Both the position numbers and the translations under genes were made by a program. DNA of 64,000 nucleotides from a virus. This document shows, piece after piece, positions 52,021 to 60,387 of this stretch. Every line of letters begins with the position of its first letter. The first letter of the stretch is position 1. The notes beneath the pieces were generated by a model that saw only the letters and a program-made list of their open reading frames with translations, was not told where the DNA came from and made no database searches. Where the stretch lies: IMG/VR virus record IMGVR_UViG_3300029342_000002, one strand, 5' to 3'.

Positions 52021-53676
52021 TTAGGCTACAACAACAAGAGCATGTTGTTTTCTGTACTCAGCTTCGGCTTTGTCGGCGCACTCCTCGGAGCAATAGAATT
52101 CACCGGTGATGTCTGAATAGCACTCGCCGTCATAATCGCCAGGATACCACTCGCCGCATTCGGCGCATTTGGTATCTCTACTACGGTCGAGATACGAATT
52201 GACCACGCCGCTCCATACGGCATTGTCCTCATGGATGTATTCGTCGTGATAGACGGACCATTCGCAGTCGTCCCTGAGCTGATATTCGCCGTCGATGTCC
52301 TCTTCGCAGTCTTTAAGGAGACGATAATCCTGCTCTTTCTCTACGTAGCAGCACTCGTCGTCGAACAGGTAAGCACTCTCGTATTCAGACCATGCCCAGC
52401 GACCGTCTTCGTCTATGCGGCTCTCGTTGATATGGATGCGTCTACCATGATATATGGCGTCTTCGCTTTGGCTGCTATACATCCAGTCTTCGTTGTAGTC
52501 GTCGTAAACGCTATCGTCTTCAGGAATAATGCACTCGTTCCAATCGGAATAATTACCTTCCGGCTCGAAATTTTCATCCGTGGAATCGAGTTCGTAATCG
52601 TAATACGCAGAAGAGTTGTTGCAGGACGTGTTGTCGTTGTAGTCGTAATAGACGAACGAATCCTGATAACTGAGAACGTCGCCATGTTCGAGACAGCAAT
52701 CAATGTGAAGTGTAAGGTCGCGCATTGACTCACCGTTGTTTCGAACAAAGTTCCTATTGTCGTGACAACTGGCACCGACACGCTTGTAGCCGTCAATCTC
52801 GCCTGCCTTGATAAGTTTGTCAACAAGTATCTGCTTGAGGACATCGTCTTGACCGGAAGAGTATTGACGCTCGGCGAGGCTGTAATGATTGTTGTTCTCG
52901 TCCCATACGTCAGTATAGACAATGCAACGGGCGACAATCATATCGTCTTCGTCGGTGATGTAGGCAGCCTTGGCTTTTATGGCGTCACGATAGAAGGTGT
53001 AATGTCCTTTGTCTGTCATGCAGCTTCCAAAGTCGCCAAGACAGCGGTCGCTATCATAGATAGCCTCGAAATCGTCGTCAACATGCAGGGTGTAATCGTT
53101 GCTGACACGCTGTTCTGCATAGACCTGCCAATCACGTGCGAACTCTTCGCCTATCCAGCGTTTGAGCTGTTCAGGCATATATTCGCGTGGGATGCGGCAC
53201 TCCTCGATACATCTGGTGATGAACTTGCCTGCCTTCATCTTGAAGATTCTTCCGCGCTCTATATTCTCGTAACGTATGGACTTGGAGTCTCCGTCGGTAC
53301 ATATACCATTGAGACTGTCAAGGCTTAGCGTAGTGGAATAGAGGGCGTAGGGGAAGTCGTTACCAAAATAAATCTGATACAATGTGTCTTCATTGTCTGG
53401 GTCGTTATATACAAGACTGCTTACCATGTGCTTGGCAAAAGTCTTCAGGTCGTCCATGTTGGTGGCACGAAGGTAGTCGTGGTTCTCATACAGGTATTTT
53501 TTGTCTGTTCTGTCGCACCACTCCTTGAAGCCGAGCCACCAGTGGAAGAGCTTTCCGTCCTTGAGGCAAGCCAAGAGAATCTTGTTCTTGCGTGACACAA
53601 CGCCGTTGCCGTGCTTTACGACACCGAACAACTGCTTGAACTCGTCGTAATTCTTGAAACTCTTAATGTAAATCAT
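52021..53676 (-). CDS. large acidic hypothetical protein with C-terminal Cys cluster
   Basis: 551-aa, D/E/Y-rich ORF ending in CAECGEWYPGDYDGECYSDITGEFYCSEEC. Array-type leader. Confidence 0.6.
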   Translation of the reverse strand: MIYIKSFKNYDEFKQLFGVVKHGNGVVSRKNKILLACLKDGKLFHWWLGFKEWCDRTDKKYLYENHDYLRATNMDDLKTFAKHMVSSLVYNDPDNEDTLYQIYFGNDFPYALYSTTLSLDSLNGICTDGDSKSIRYENIERGRIFKMKAGKFITRCIEECRIPREYMPEQLKRWIGEEFARDWQVYAEQRVSNDYTLHVDDDFEAIYDSDRCLGDFGSCMTDKGHYTFYRDAIKAKAAYITDEDDMIVARCIVYTDVWDENNNHYSLAERQYSSGQDDVLKQILVDKLIKAGEIDGYKRVGASCHDNRNFVRNNGESMRDLTLHIDCCLEHGDVLSYQDSFVYYDYNDNTSCNNSSAYYDYELDSTDENFEPEGNYSDWNECIIPEDDSVYDDYNEDWMYSSQSEDAIYHGRRIHINESRIDEDGRWAWSEYESAYLFDDECCYVEKEQDYRLLKDCEEDIDGEYQLRDDCEWSVYHDEYIHEDNAVWSGVVNSYLDRSRDTKCAECGEWYPGDYDGECYSDITGEFYCSEECADKAEAEYRKQHALVVVA

Positions 53677-53812
53677 ATTCTATTGTTTTTAAATGGTTGA
53701 TAATAGAAATCCCCACTCTCTTTGTTGAGGGTGGGGATTGAGTTTCAGGCGATAAGCTTTCTTAACACACTCTCCTTTTCGGGTGTGTCACACTTTTTGG
53801 ATTTGTTCAGAC

Positions 53813-54184
53813 TTAATAACCACGATACAGGATTCTCTTGACAAGCGGATATTCGTAATCTCCGTTCTGCGCTACGCAATAGGTAAAGCTTGGCTTGTTG
53901 TTCCAAAGCTCGACCCACAGACGGGAAAGTATACCACGGTTGAGTATTCTATTGTACTTCATGTTATAGAACACCGTGTCGTACTTTCTTTTCTGACAGC
54001 ACAGCGTATGGCAGAAGCCGTCAGACAGCTCACGTAGGGCGTCGTCGGTAAGCTCAAAATCAATCCACTCGCCGGACTTGCGGTCGTATATTCCCCGCTT
54101 GCTCAGAAAATCGTCCATTGTAAACTGCTTCTTGTCGTACGCTCTAAGCAAACCGGCAAGAGTCTTGTAAGTTCTTTTCTTCAT
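53813..54184 (-). CDS. hypothetical protein
   Basis: ATG at 54184 with leader CATAATCG..TTGGTTGG and the hairpin CCTGTGTG..CACACAGG. Confidence 0.55.
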   Translation of the reverse strand: MKKRTYKTLAGLLRAYDKKQFTMDDFLSKRGIYDRKSGEWIDFELTDDALRELSDGFCHTLCCQKRKYDTVFYNMKYNRILNRGILSRLWVELWNNKPSFTYCVAQNGDYEYPLVKRILYRGY

Positions 54185-54249
54185 AATCGTATGTTGGTTG
54201 GTAATGTTCCTGTGTGTTATCCACACAGGATGATTCGGGCAGCAATGTG

Positions 54250-54432
54250 CTAATCGTGATAAGCTATGCTCACGATTTCGATTATGGCGCGATGGAAGTC
54301 ACGCTCCGCGCGTGGGTCTTCGTAACCGGTCATGCGGTTGTTGTGCATCTTACGGGCTGCAATCTTGGCTCTGCTGATTTCTGCGAGCAGTGTGCGCTCG
54401 AAATTCTTGTCGCAATTTCTGTCTCTAAGCAT
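54250..54432 (-). CDS. hypothetical protein
   Basis: 60-aa ORF with the array-type leader. Confidence 0.5.
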   Translation of the reverse strand: MLRDRNCDKNFERTLLAEISRAKIAARKMHNNRMTGYEDPRAERDFHRAIIEIVSIAYHD

Positions 54433-54493
54433 AATTCAAATTGGTTTTTATGGTTTGTGTGTGCCTCCGTGAGGGGGAGGCTTTTCTGGTCGG

Positions 54494-54856
54494 TTACTTT
54501 TCGTCCGTGTTGTACTCGAAGATGATATTGCCAGAGCGTATGTCATTGAAGTACACGGCGATGGTGCTCAGCTTTGTGTTAGCATCAAGGGAATTTTCGT
54601 TGACACCGGTGCGGACGATTTCGAGCCATTGGCTAATCCGCGACTTGATGTCCGAGCTGAGAGGATGGTCGAGGACTTTGAAGCGTACGACGTTTGAGCC
54701 GTATATGTACGACATCTTGACAACGTGACGATGGACAAATCCTATCAGCACGCCGTGTCCGTCGCAGCAATACGCATTATCGTCGAAAAGGTCGTCGAAG
54801 AGAACGTCGCTGCATAGGTCTTTCTCGTTGATAGGGCATGGAATGTCTGTTTTCAT
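54494..54856 (-). CDS. hypothetical protein
   Basis: 120-aa ORF with the array-type leader and the hairpin CCTCCCCGAAGGGAGG (54885-54900) upstream. Confidence 0.55.
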   Translation of the reverse strand: MKTDIPCPINEKDLCSDVLFDDLFDDNAYCCDGHGVLIGFVHRHVVKMSYIYGSNVVRFKVLDHPLSSDIKSRISQWLEIVRTGVNENSLDANTKLSTIAVYFNDIRSGNIIFEYNTDEK

Positions 54857-54922
54857 AATTCTTGCGGTTTGTTGGTTATTTGTACCTCCCCGAAGGGAGG
54901 CGGTTTAGGTGGCTGTCTTGTC

Positions 54923-55228
54923 CTACGTGTATTTCAGAGAGTCGCGCTCAACTCTTCGCATACATTCATGGCAAGCGTCAAGGAATACTTTGTACGCAAC
55001 CTTGAATGTTGGCAGACTTTCTTTCCTGTCAGAGCAGATGGGAACAGCGTCATTATACACACGTCCCCATACTGTAAGGTCTGTATTAATGCCTACTGTG
55101 TACGACATCTTGCTTTCCTTACAGCGGAAGTGTAGGATGTACTCTTTGTTCTTACGTCTTTTCAGACGTGACAACGTCATTCCTAAATCGGGACGGACGT
55201 TAAAATCTTTGTCTTGTAGTATTTTCAT
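54923..55228 (-). CDS. hypothetical protein
   Basis: ATG at 55228 with an array-type leader (CATAATCC). Confidence 0.5.
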   Translation of the reverse strand: MKILQDKDFNVRPDLGMTLSRLKRRKNKEYILHFRCKESKMSYTVGINTDLTVWGRVYNDAVPICSDRKESLPTFKVAYKVFLDACHECMRRVERDSLKYT

Positions 55229-55297
55229 AATCCGTAATGTTTTAAGTGGTTGATAATTGTTAAGGATGCTACTTGCTGACAAATAGCATCCTTATGT

Positions 55298-55546
55298 TCA
55301 GGCGATGCGGTAAGCGGAAACGACATGGTCGTAAAAACCACGCGCGGTGTCTTCATCCATGAGAGGAGAGTCTACGAGCGCATGACCGATTTTGTCATTG
55401 ATACACACGCTGTATCTGTCTCCCCACGTCCATTTGATAATCTTCACGGTGTACTGATAGTTGGATTTCTCGTCTATCACGTCACAGGCGAGCAATGGGT
55501 CGTTCGTCAGGATTTCATCTAACTCATTTCTTTCCTTTTCTGTCAT
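55298..55546 (-). CDS. hypothetical protein
   Basis: 82-aa ORF with the array-type leader. Ends in GCC-TGA. Confidence 0.55.
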   Translation of the reverse strand: MTEKERNELDEILTNDPLLACDVIDEKSNYQYTVKIIKWTWGDRYSVCINDKIGHALVDSPLMDEDTARGFYDHVVSAYRIA

Positions 55547-55637
55547 AATTCTTGCGGTTTTGGTTTGTGTGTGATGGGGAATTTCATCCCCATCGTTTTA
55601 GGCTTTACAAACAGGATGTGTAGCCCGTACTGTAGAG

Positions 55638-56099
55638 TTACTTTTGCGGCGTTGTCAGCTGGTCGCAGATCGCGATGCGCTGACTGGCGCGGATAAGCTT
55701 CGGAAGATACTTGTCGAGGCTGTAGTTAGGAAAGCCTGTCATCTTGTTGAGTTTCTCTGTATGCCTGTTTATGAGTGGAGTACCGAGGATTTCGGCAACT
55801 TTGACCGCATCCTCATTGTAACACTCGTAATAATCGCCGACACGGAAAAGCAACAGGCAGTCGGGATGCTTCTCCCTAATTTCTGCCCATTTCTTGTATG
55901 GCGTCGGTTTCTCGGGCTGCGGAACATACGACTCCTCTGTGTGAGAAATCGCTTCTCCGCACATGTAGTAGATGTCACTCGAACGGTAGCCGAGAATGTC
56001 GTAGAGATAATACTCTATCTGCTCTGTCTCCCAGTCGTCGGGACAGCCCTTTATTGTTCGGACGGTGGCTGTCTGATAATCCATAATTGTTATTTCCAT
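55638..56099 (-). CDS. stand-alone MutS domain I (mismatch-binding domain) homolog
   Basis: KHPDCLLLFRVGDYYECYNEDAVKVAEILG...MTGFPNYSLDKYLPKLIRASQRIAICDQ aligns by eye with the E. coli MutS N-terminus, [29 protein letters not shown]...[28 protein letters not shown]. Only 153 aa, with no ATPase domain. Confidence 0.7.
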   Translation of the reverse strand: MEITIMDYQTATVRTIKGCPDDWETEQIEYYLYDILGYRSSDIYYMCGEAISHTEESYVPQPEKPTPYKKWAEIREKHPDCLLLFRVGDYYECYNEDAVKVAEILGTPLINRHTEKLNKMTGFPNYSLDKYLPKLIRASQRIAICDQLTTPQK

Positions 56100-56162
56100 A
56101 ATTCTTGATGTTTTGGTTCGTAGAAATCCTTACTCTTACGGGTAAGGATTGTTTTGGGCTTG

Positions 56163-56402
56163 TTAGTGTTTGTCGAACATGAGCATGTCTACCATTCTGT
56201 AGAATGTATATCCGTCAACTTGGTTGTAGATGAATCCGATGAAACGACGGCGGGATTCCATGTTCAATGAGCGGTAATAACTCTTGAAAGTGGAATAGTT
56301 CCCGTTTACCCATGCCTCCCAAATAAGGTCCATCATTTCCATCTCGTCATGTACTTCGTAGTACTTTGCCTGCTGGAGCAGCGTCTTGCTTCTTCTTGTC
56401 AT
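56163..56402 (-). CDS. hypothetical protein
   Basis: 79-aa ORF with the array-type leader. Confidence 0.5.
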   Translation of the reverse strand: MTRRSKTLLQQAKYYEVHDEMEMMDLIWEAWVNGNYSTFKSYYRSLNMESRRRFIGFIYNQVDGYTFYRMVDMLMFDKH

Positions 56403-56450
56403 AATTCTTTGTTTGTTGGTTCGTTGTGGGGGAGGCTGGCTCCCCTTGGG

Positions 56451-56864
56451 TTAGGCATAAATAATTGACCTGCCATGAGTATTACGTAATACTTTCAGGA
56501 GGTGCGGGTCTGAATTGTGATACTTACGTATATACTGCTCACACTTCTGCTTTGTATCAAAGTAGACAACTTCGTGTGGGTTGTTAGGCTTTACGCAAAA
56601 CCACATCCTACCACCGAAAACATCACCAATGCCACATGGCACCACTTCAAAGCGTGGGTAGACTTTTGTTTCTTCGGAATATACGTTATCGTAACATGCG
56701 TAAACCTCCATTGGAATACCATACACTTTTCTTTCGTCTGCATCATGGATAGCCTCCATTTTTGCAGAAGTACAATTATTGTTAGTTGCTGAATAACTGC
56801 ACAATACACCTCCGTCAGTTGGGTCGACGAGTACATAGCCCGTCAATTTTTTTGTTTGTTCCAT
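56451..56864 (-). CDS. hypothetical protein
   Basis: 137-aa ORF with an array-type leader variant. Ends in GCC-TAA. Confidence 0.55.
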   Translation of the reverse strand: MEQTKKLTGYVLVDPTDGGVLCSYSATNNNCTSAKMEAIHDADERKVYGIPMEVYACYDNVYSEETKVYPRFEVVPCGIGDVFGGRMWFCVKPNNPHEVVYFDTKQKCEQYIRKYHNSDPHLLKVLRNTHGRSIIYA

Positions 56865-56918
56865 ATTCTATAATTTTGTTGGTTAATAGTAGCGGAGTTG
56901 TATCTCCGCTTGTTTAGG

Positions 56919-57083
56919 CTATCTGCCGAAGTATTTGCGCTCGAAATCTTCGTAACTCTCGCAGTTGAAGACAATCGCAACGCATTTCAAACCACGGGCA
57001 ATTAAACTCTGTTTGACTTCTTTTGTAAGTTGTTCGCCTGTGTACACCTCAAAAGGAGGGAACACGAAATAATCCTGTGTCAT
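56919..57083 (-). CDS. small hypothetical protein (54 aa)
   Basis: Hand-translated as MTQDYFVFPPFEVYTGEQLTKEVKQSLIARGLKCVAIVFNCESYEDFERKYFGR. Array-type leader and the hairpin CCCCACGATCGTGGGG (57107-57122). Confidence 0.45.
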   Translation of the reverse strand: MTQDYFVFPPFEVYTGEQLTKEVKQSLIARGLKCVAIVFNCESYEDFERKYFGR

Positions 57084-57137
57084 AATAATTCTGTTTGGTT
57101 AATAGACCCCACGATCGTGGGGGTTTTAGGCTGTGGC

Positions 57138-57431
57138 TTACTTGCCGGCTTTCTCGTTCACGTAGGCTACAAGGCGCTCGAACTTTGCGTCGTTTTCTTC
57201 TGTGCTGTAGAACGGATTGAATGAGAAATACTCATTGTAAGTGAGGGAATCTACGTCTTTCTTGTCCTTATTGTAGCCAACGCAAACGCCGATTTGGGCA
57301 GATATGCAGGGATCTACCACAATAGATAGGCCCAGATGCTTGTCAAAAAATGTTCTTCTCTGCATCTCCTGTATTTTTGGGAGGATTACTTTGGCTATCC
57401 TCTCAGACTCTGTAAGCTTTTTCTTTTCCAT
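57138..57431 (-). CDS. hypothetical protein
   Basis: ATG at 57431 with the array-type leader. The tracked longer start lies inside the upstream hairpin region. Confidence 0.5.
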   Translation of the reverse strand: MEKKKLTESERIAKVILPKIQEMQRRTFFDKHLGLSIVVDPCISAQIGVCVGYNKDKKDVDSLTYNEYFSFNPFYSTEENDAKFERLVAYVNEKAGK

Positions 57432-57498
57432 AATTCTCTTGTTTTTATTGGTTATCTTGAGCCGTGACACGCACAATAATAGTGCTGCCACGGCATTT

Positions 57499-57633
57499 TC
57501 AGGCGATGAAGGCTACAGTGAGGAATTTTCCGTCATAACTAAGAAATTCAACGTGTGTATACATTTCCTGCATCTTTGCGAAAACTCTTTCCATAAATGC
57601 TGCACCTTTGCACTCAATTCTTCTTGTACTCAT
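57499..57633 (-). CDS. small hypothetical protein (44 aa)
   Basis: Hand-translated as MSTRRIECKGAAFMERVFAKMQEMYTHVEFLSYDGKFLTVAFIA. Array-type leader. Ends in GCC-TGA. Confidence 0.4.
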   Translation of the reverse strand: MSTRRIECKGAAFMERVFAKMQEMYTHVEFLSYDGKFLTVAFIA

Positions 57634-57690
57634 AATTCTGTGATTTTAATTGGTTTGCTGGAAGGTAGCCAAACGGCTACCCTTTTGAGA

Positions 57691-58014
57691 CTAACCTCGT
57701 TTTTCGAGGGCTACACTGACGAAATAAGGAAGACTCTCACATTTTACCTCGTTCCATTCGCAGTTAACAACGGCACTCACATACTTGCTCTCCTGCTTGT
57801 GAATAAGACGGGTAATTGTACTTCTGCTTATAGTGGAAGATTTTTCCACCTCAAAACTGGCGTGAGCCATATATCCGTCCTGTGAAAAATCAACAAGTCC
57901 CTGTCTTCTCGCTACTGCGACAATTCCGTGAAAAGCGTTGATAAAAACGTATTTCTCACCATCAAAATACACGTCGATGCGTGTGTGATTTTCTTGCGTC
58001 TTAAAGTATTCCAT
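57691..58014 (-). CDS. hypothetical protein
   Basis: 107-aa ORF with the array-type leader. Confidence 0.55.
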   Translation of the reverse strand: MEYFKTQENHTRIDVYFDGEKYVFINAFHGIVAVARRQGLVDFSQDGYMAHASFEVEKSSTISRSTITRLIHKQESKYVSAVVNCEWNEVKCESLPYFVSVALEKRG

Positions 58015-58076
58015 AATTCTGATTTTAGTTGTTAATGATGTGCGGACGCATCATTTGCGATACGTCCCTTTTAGGC

Positions 58077-58253
58077 TTAGAAACAACGCGGACGAGAGAA
58101 ATGACGTTCTATCTCCTTCGCTTTCCTGTCTGCTTTCGCAGCTCTCCGTGAATACTCGCGCTCGTCAAGGTGTCTTCTCTCACACTCAGCTGAAATAACT
58201 CTCTTGTAGCTTGCCACAATCGCAGCAAGAAACATTCTGTCTCCGTTTGTCAT
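58077..58253 (-). CDS. small hypothetical protein (58 aa)
   Basis: ATG at 58253 with the array-type leader. Confidence 0.45.
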   Translation of the reverse strand: MTNGDRMFLAAIVASYKRVISAECERRHLDEREYSRRAAKADRKAKEIERHFSRPRCF

Positions 58254-58311
58254 AATTCTTTTTGTTTTGGTTAATAGAGCCACCCAAATAAGAGTGGCGT
58301 TTTGGCGTGAA

Positions 58312-58578
58312 TTAGTCGCTGACATTGAAGAGCAGAACCTCTTCTTTGTCGTTGATACTCAGACGTAAGTCAGGAGTGAACCTTTCAATACTACCCATCC
58401 TTTCATGGTCCCATTTGTAGACCGCTATCCATATTCCAACGGGAAGCGAGTGATCTTCTTTCGTCCCGCAGACCACTTTTGTGCCCACATGGCTGAAATG
58501 CCAAAAGATATTCCACTGGCCATTGTCAAGCCCTTCACATCTGATTGCGTCAATCAATAAAAATGTCTTGTACTTCAT
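58312..58578 (-). CDS. hypothetical protein
   Basis: 88-aa ORF with an array-type leader (CATAATCC). Confidence 0.5.
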   Translation of the reverse strand: MKYKTFLLIDAIRCEGLDNGQWNIFWHFSHVGTKVVCGTKEDHSLPVGIWIAVYKWDHERMGSIERFTPDLRLSINDKEEVLLFNVSD

Positions 58579-58646
58579 AATCCTTTGTCTTTAATTGGTT
58601 AATTATCGTACTGCCCGACTTGCAGGCAGCTTTTAAGGCTGGAACT

Positions 58647-58841
58647 TTAGAAGCAGAAATCAACGTATACATTACGCGTACCGCCGAACTCGCTCCAATG
58701 ATTTACATTGTCGTACTTGTAGGCTTCGTACTTTCTCGAACTTCTGTTGTATTCGTCACGTACCCAAACAGGGGCGCTCTCTGATTCTGACAAGCGGAAA
58801 AATTCACCAACTCGTACTTTACGCAATTCTGTCTTTTTCAT
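58647..58841 (-). CDS. hypothetical protein
   Basis: 64-aa ORF with the array-type leader. Confidence 0.5.
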   Translation of the reverse strand: MKKTELRKVRVGEFFRLSESESAPVWVRDEYNRSSRKYEAYKYDNVNHWSEFGGTRNVYVDFCF

Positions 58842-58858
58842 AATTCTTTAAAGGTTTA

Positions 58859-59140
58859 ATTATCGTACTACCCCAAAACAGGGTAGCAATTAAGGCTCAA
58901 CACTTTCCAGGCACAATTTTCGTACTGCTCAGGATTCTGAACTCGGCTTGAGGAGGATCTTTTCCAAGCGCTCATTCTCACGCACGAAATTCTTGAAGAA
59001 TCCGTTGCCAATTTTCGTACTGCTCCAGAAATAGAGCAGAAACAATATGTAAAGGATTCCAAGCACACTGATTATCGTACTGCTTAAAATAAGCAGACAC
59101 GGAACAAGCTGAAGGTTTCCAAGCACAATTATCGTACTGC
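58859..59140 (+). repeat. array of five ATT[AT]TCGTACT[GA]C 13-mers (a sixth copy at 58602-58614), spacing about 57-95 bp
   Basis: Copies at 58859, 58916, 59011, 59071 and 59128. Three are preceded by TTCCA[AG]GCACA. Confidence 0.65.
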
Positions 59141-59165
59141 TACGTAAAATCTGTCTCTTTGTCAT
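58929..59165 (-). CDS. possible 78-aa hydrophobic repeat protein (coding status uncertain)
   Basis: Has the array-type leader at 59165, but the body consists of the 13-mer repeat units (SSTIIVLG / SSTIISVLG / SSTKIGNG). An alternative frame, 58868-59068, is also open. Confidence 0.35.
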   Translation of the reverse strand: MTKRQILRSSTIIVLGNLQLVPCLLILSSTIISVLGILYILFLLYFWSSTKIGNGFFKNFVRENERLEKILLKPSSES

Positions 59166-59225
59166 AATTCTGAATTTTTGATGGTTAACTGGAAGGTAGC
59201 CAAAAGACTACCCTTTTTAGGCGGA

Positions 59226-59405
59226 TTAGAAATACCTGTCATGCAGGTATAAAACATAGTTCTTGAATCTACTCATATATGGGTCGCGGGCTGCAAAACA
59301 ATAGTCAGCAAAATCCGCACGTGTCAAAAATCCCATGTTGTAGATTTCAATGGCATGCTCAATCTCTGAGTACATAGCCCATAAATTTACATTCGTTGTC
59401 TCCAT
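59226..59405 (-). CDS. small hypothetical protein (59 aa)
   Basis: ATG at 59405 with the array-type leader and the hairpin CCCCACAATCGTGGGG. Confidence 0.45.
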   Translation of the reverse strand: METTNVNLWAMYSEIEHAIEIYNMGFLTRADFADYCFAARDPYMSRFKNYVLYLHDRYF

Positions 59406-59521
59406 AATTCTTTTAGGTTTGGTTTGTAGACCCCACAATCGTGGGGAATTTTCTTAGGCTATACGGATTTGTAGAGCAGCCACAAGGACCGCTTTACTAC
59501 AAATCCAAACAGTTTCCCTTT

Positions 59522-59710
59522 TTAGGCTTGAGTTCTAAGGAACTCTACTTCTGACGGAGTTAGGGATAAGCCTATAACAAAAAAGTCAACTATCGACTTT
59601 TTAAAATTTGTACGCTTTAAGTCTGCTATCATTTCCGTATAGGTATCAATAGCATTGATGTCTGAGCCTGCATTTACTTTCTCAATCTTTTGCATAATTT
59701 GTTCTTTCAT
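59522..59710 (-). CDS. small hypothetical protein (62 aa), first gene of the array
   Basis: ATG at 59710 with the array-type leader. The tracked longer ORF extends into the non-coding leader. Confidence 0.45.
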   Translation of the reverse strand: MKEQIMQKIEKVNAGSDINAIDTYTEMIADLKRTNFKKSIVDFFVIGLSLTPSEVEFLRTQA

Positions 59711-60340
59711 AATTCTATAATTTAATTGGTTGTTAATTGGTAGAGCAGCCACAAGGACTGCCCTAATTTGCCTTAGGACGTGCATCTTGGCACCGCGTTT
59801 GTCGTTATTGTCTTCTCTCACGGCTCACGCCCTACCTGTAACGCTGAGGTGCGCCCTGTTTCCTAACAGCTGACAGGGAACTGCTTTTTCTCAATTTGGT
59901 ATGCCCTTTTGCGTATAGCTCACTGCAACCACCACGTTGCAGACGATTTAGCGAGTAACTAACTCGCACGCTCGTGACACGTTAGAATATGAATTATGAA
60001 TTATTTGATTTGTCCCGCTGCTCTCACGCCGAGCACGTTCTGCGAACCTTCGGTTTTGCCGTTCGTAATTCCGCTCTTCTTGCTTCGCTGCCTTCAGTCA
60101 TCGCTGCTTTCCCTTACGTCTTGTCAACTGCTAAGTTCCAGAGCTAAGGGCTTTTCGTGGTGGTGGATGTCTTTTCCACAAGTCACGGAAAACCCTGTCG
60201 GACAAATTGCCCAACCTGTGCCTGTGCGAGGAACAAACAAGAGAGTTTGTGTCGCTGAAACAATGGTTAACGGAATTTCAAACGGCTTTCCTAATGGTCG
60301 CTGCCGTCAGTGTTCCCAATAGGGAACGTATGATTATAGT

Positions 60341-60387
60341 CACACATAAGGGATTCGAACCCTTACAATAACGTTCCAAATGTGTGT
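60341..60387 (-). ncRNA. tRNA-like minihelix (acceptor stem plus T-arm only)
   Basis: Minus strand: CACACAT-(15 nt)-AAGGG-TTCGAAT-CCCTT-ATGTGTG-A. The 7-bp acceptor is perfect and the T-loop canonical. There is no room for D or anticodon arms. Confidence 0.4.

Noticed and set aside
44449-59760. Cassette array as an integron (TTAGGC/GTTAGGC words resemble the GTTRRRY core site)
   Set aside because: The junctions lack paired inverse-core and core sites on one strand. The hairpins are short (7-11 bp) and perfect rather than attC-like with extrahelical bases. The nearest tyrosine recombinase is at the distal end of the array in the same orientation, not divergent next to an attI and Pc. I kept it as a cassette-like array without the integron label.
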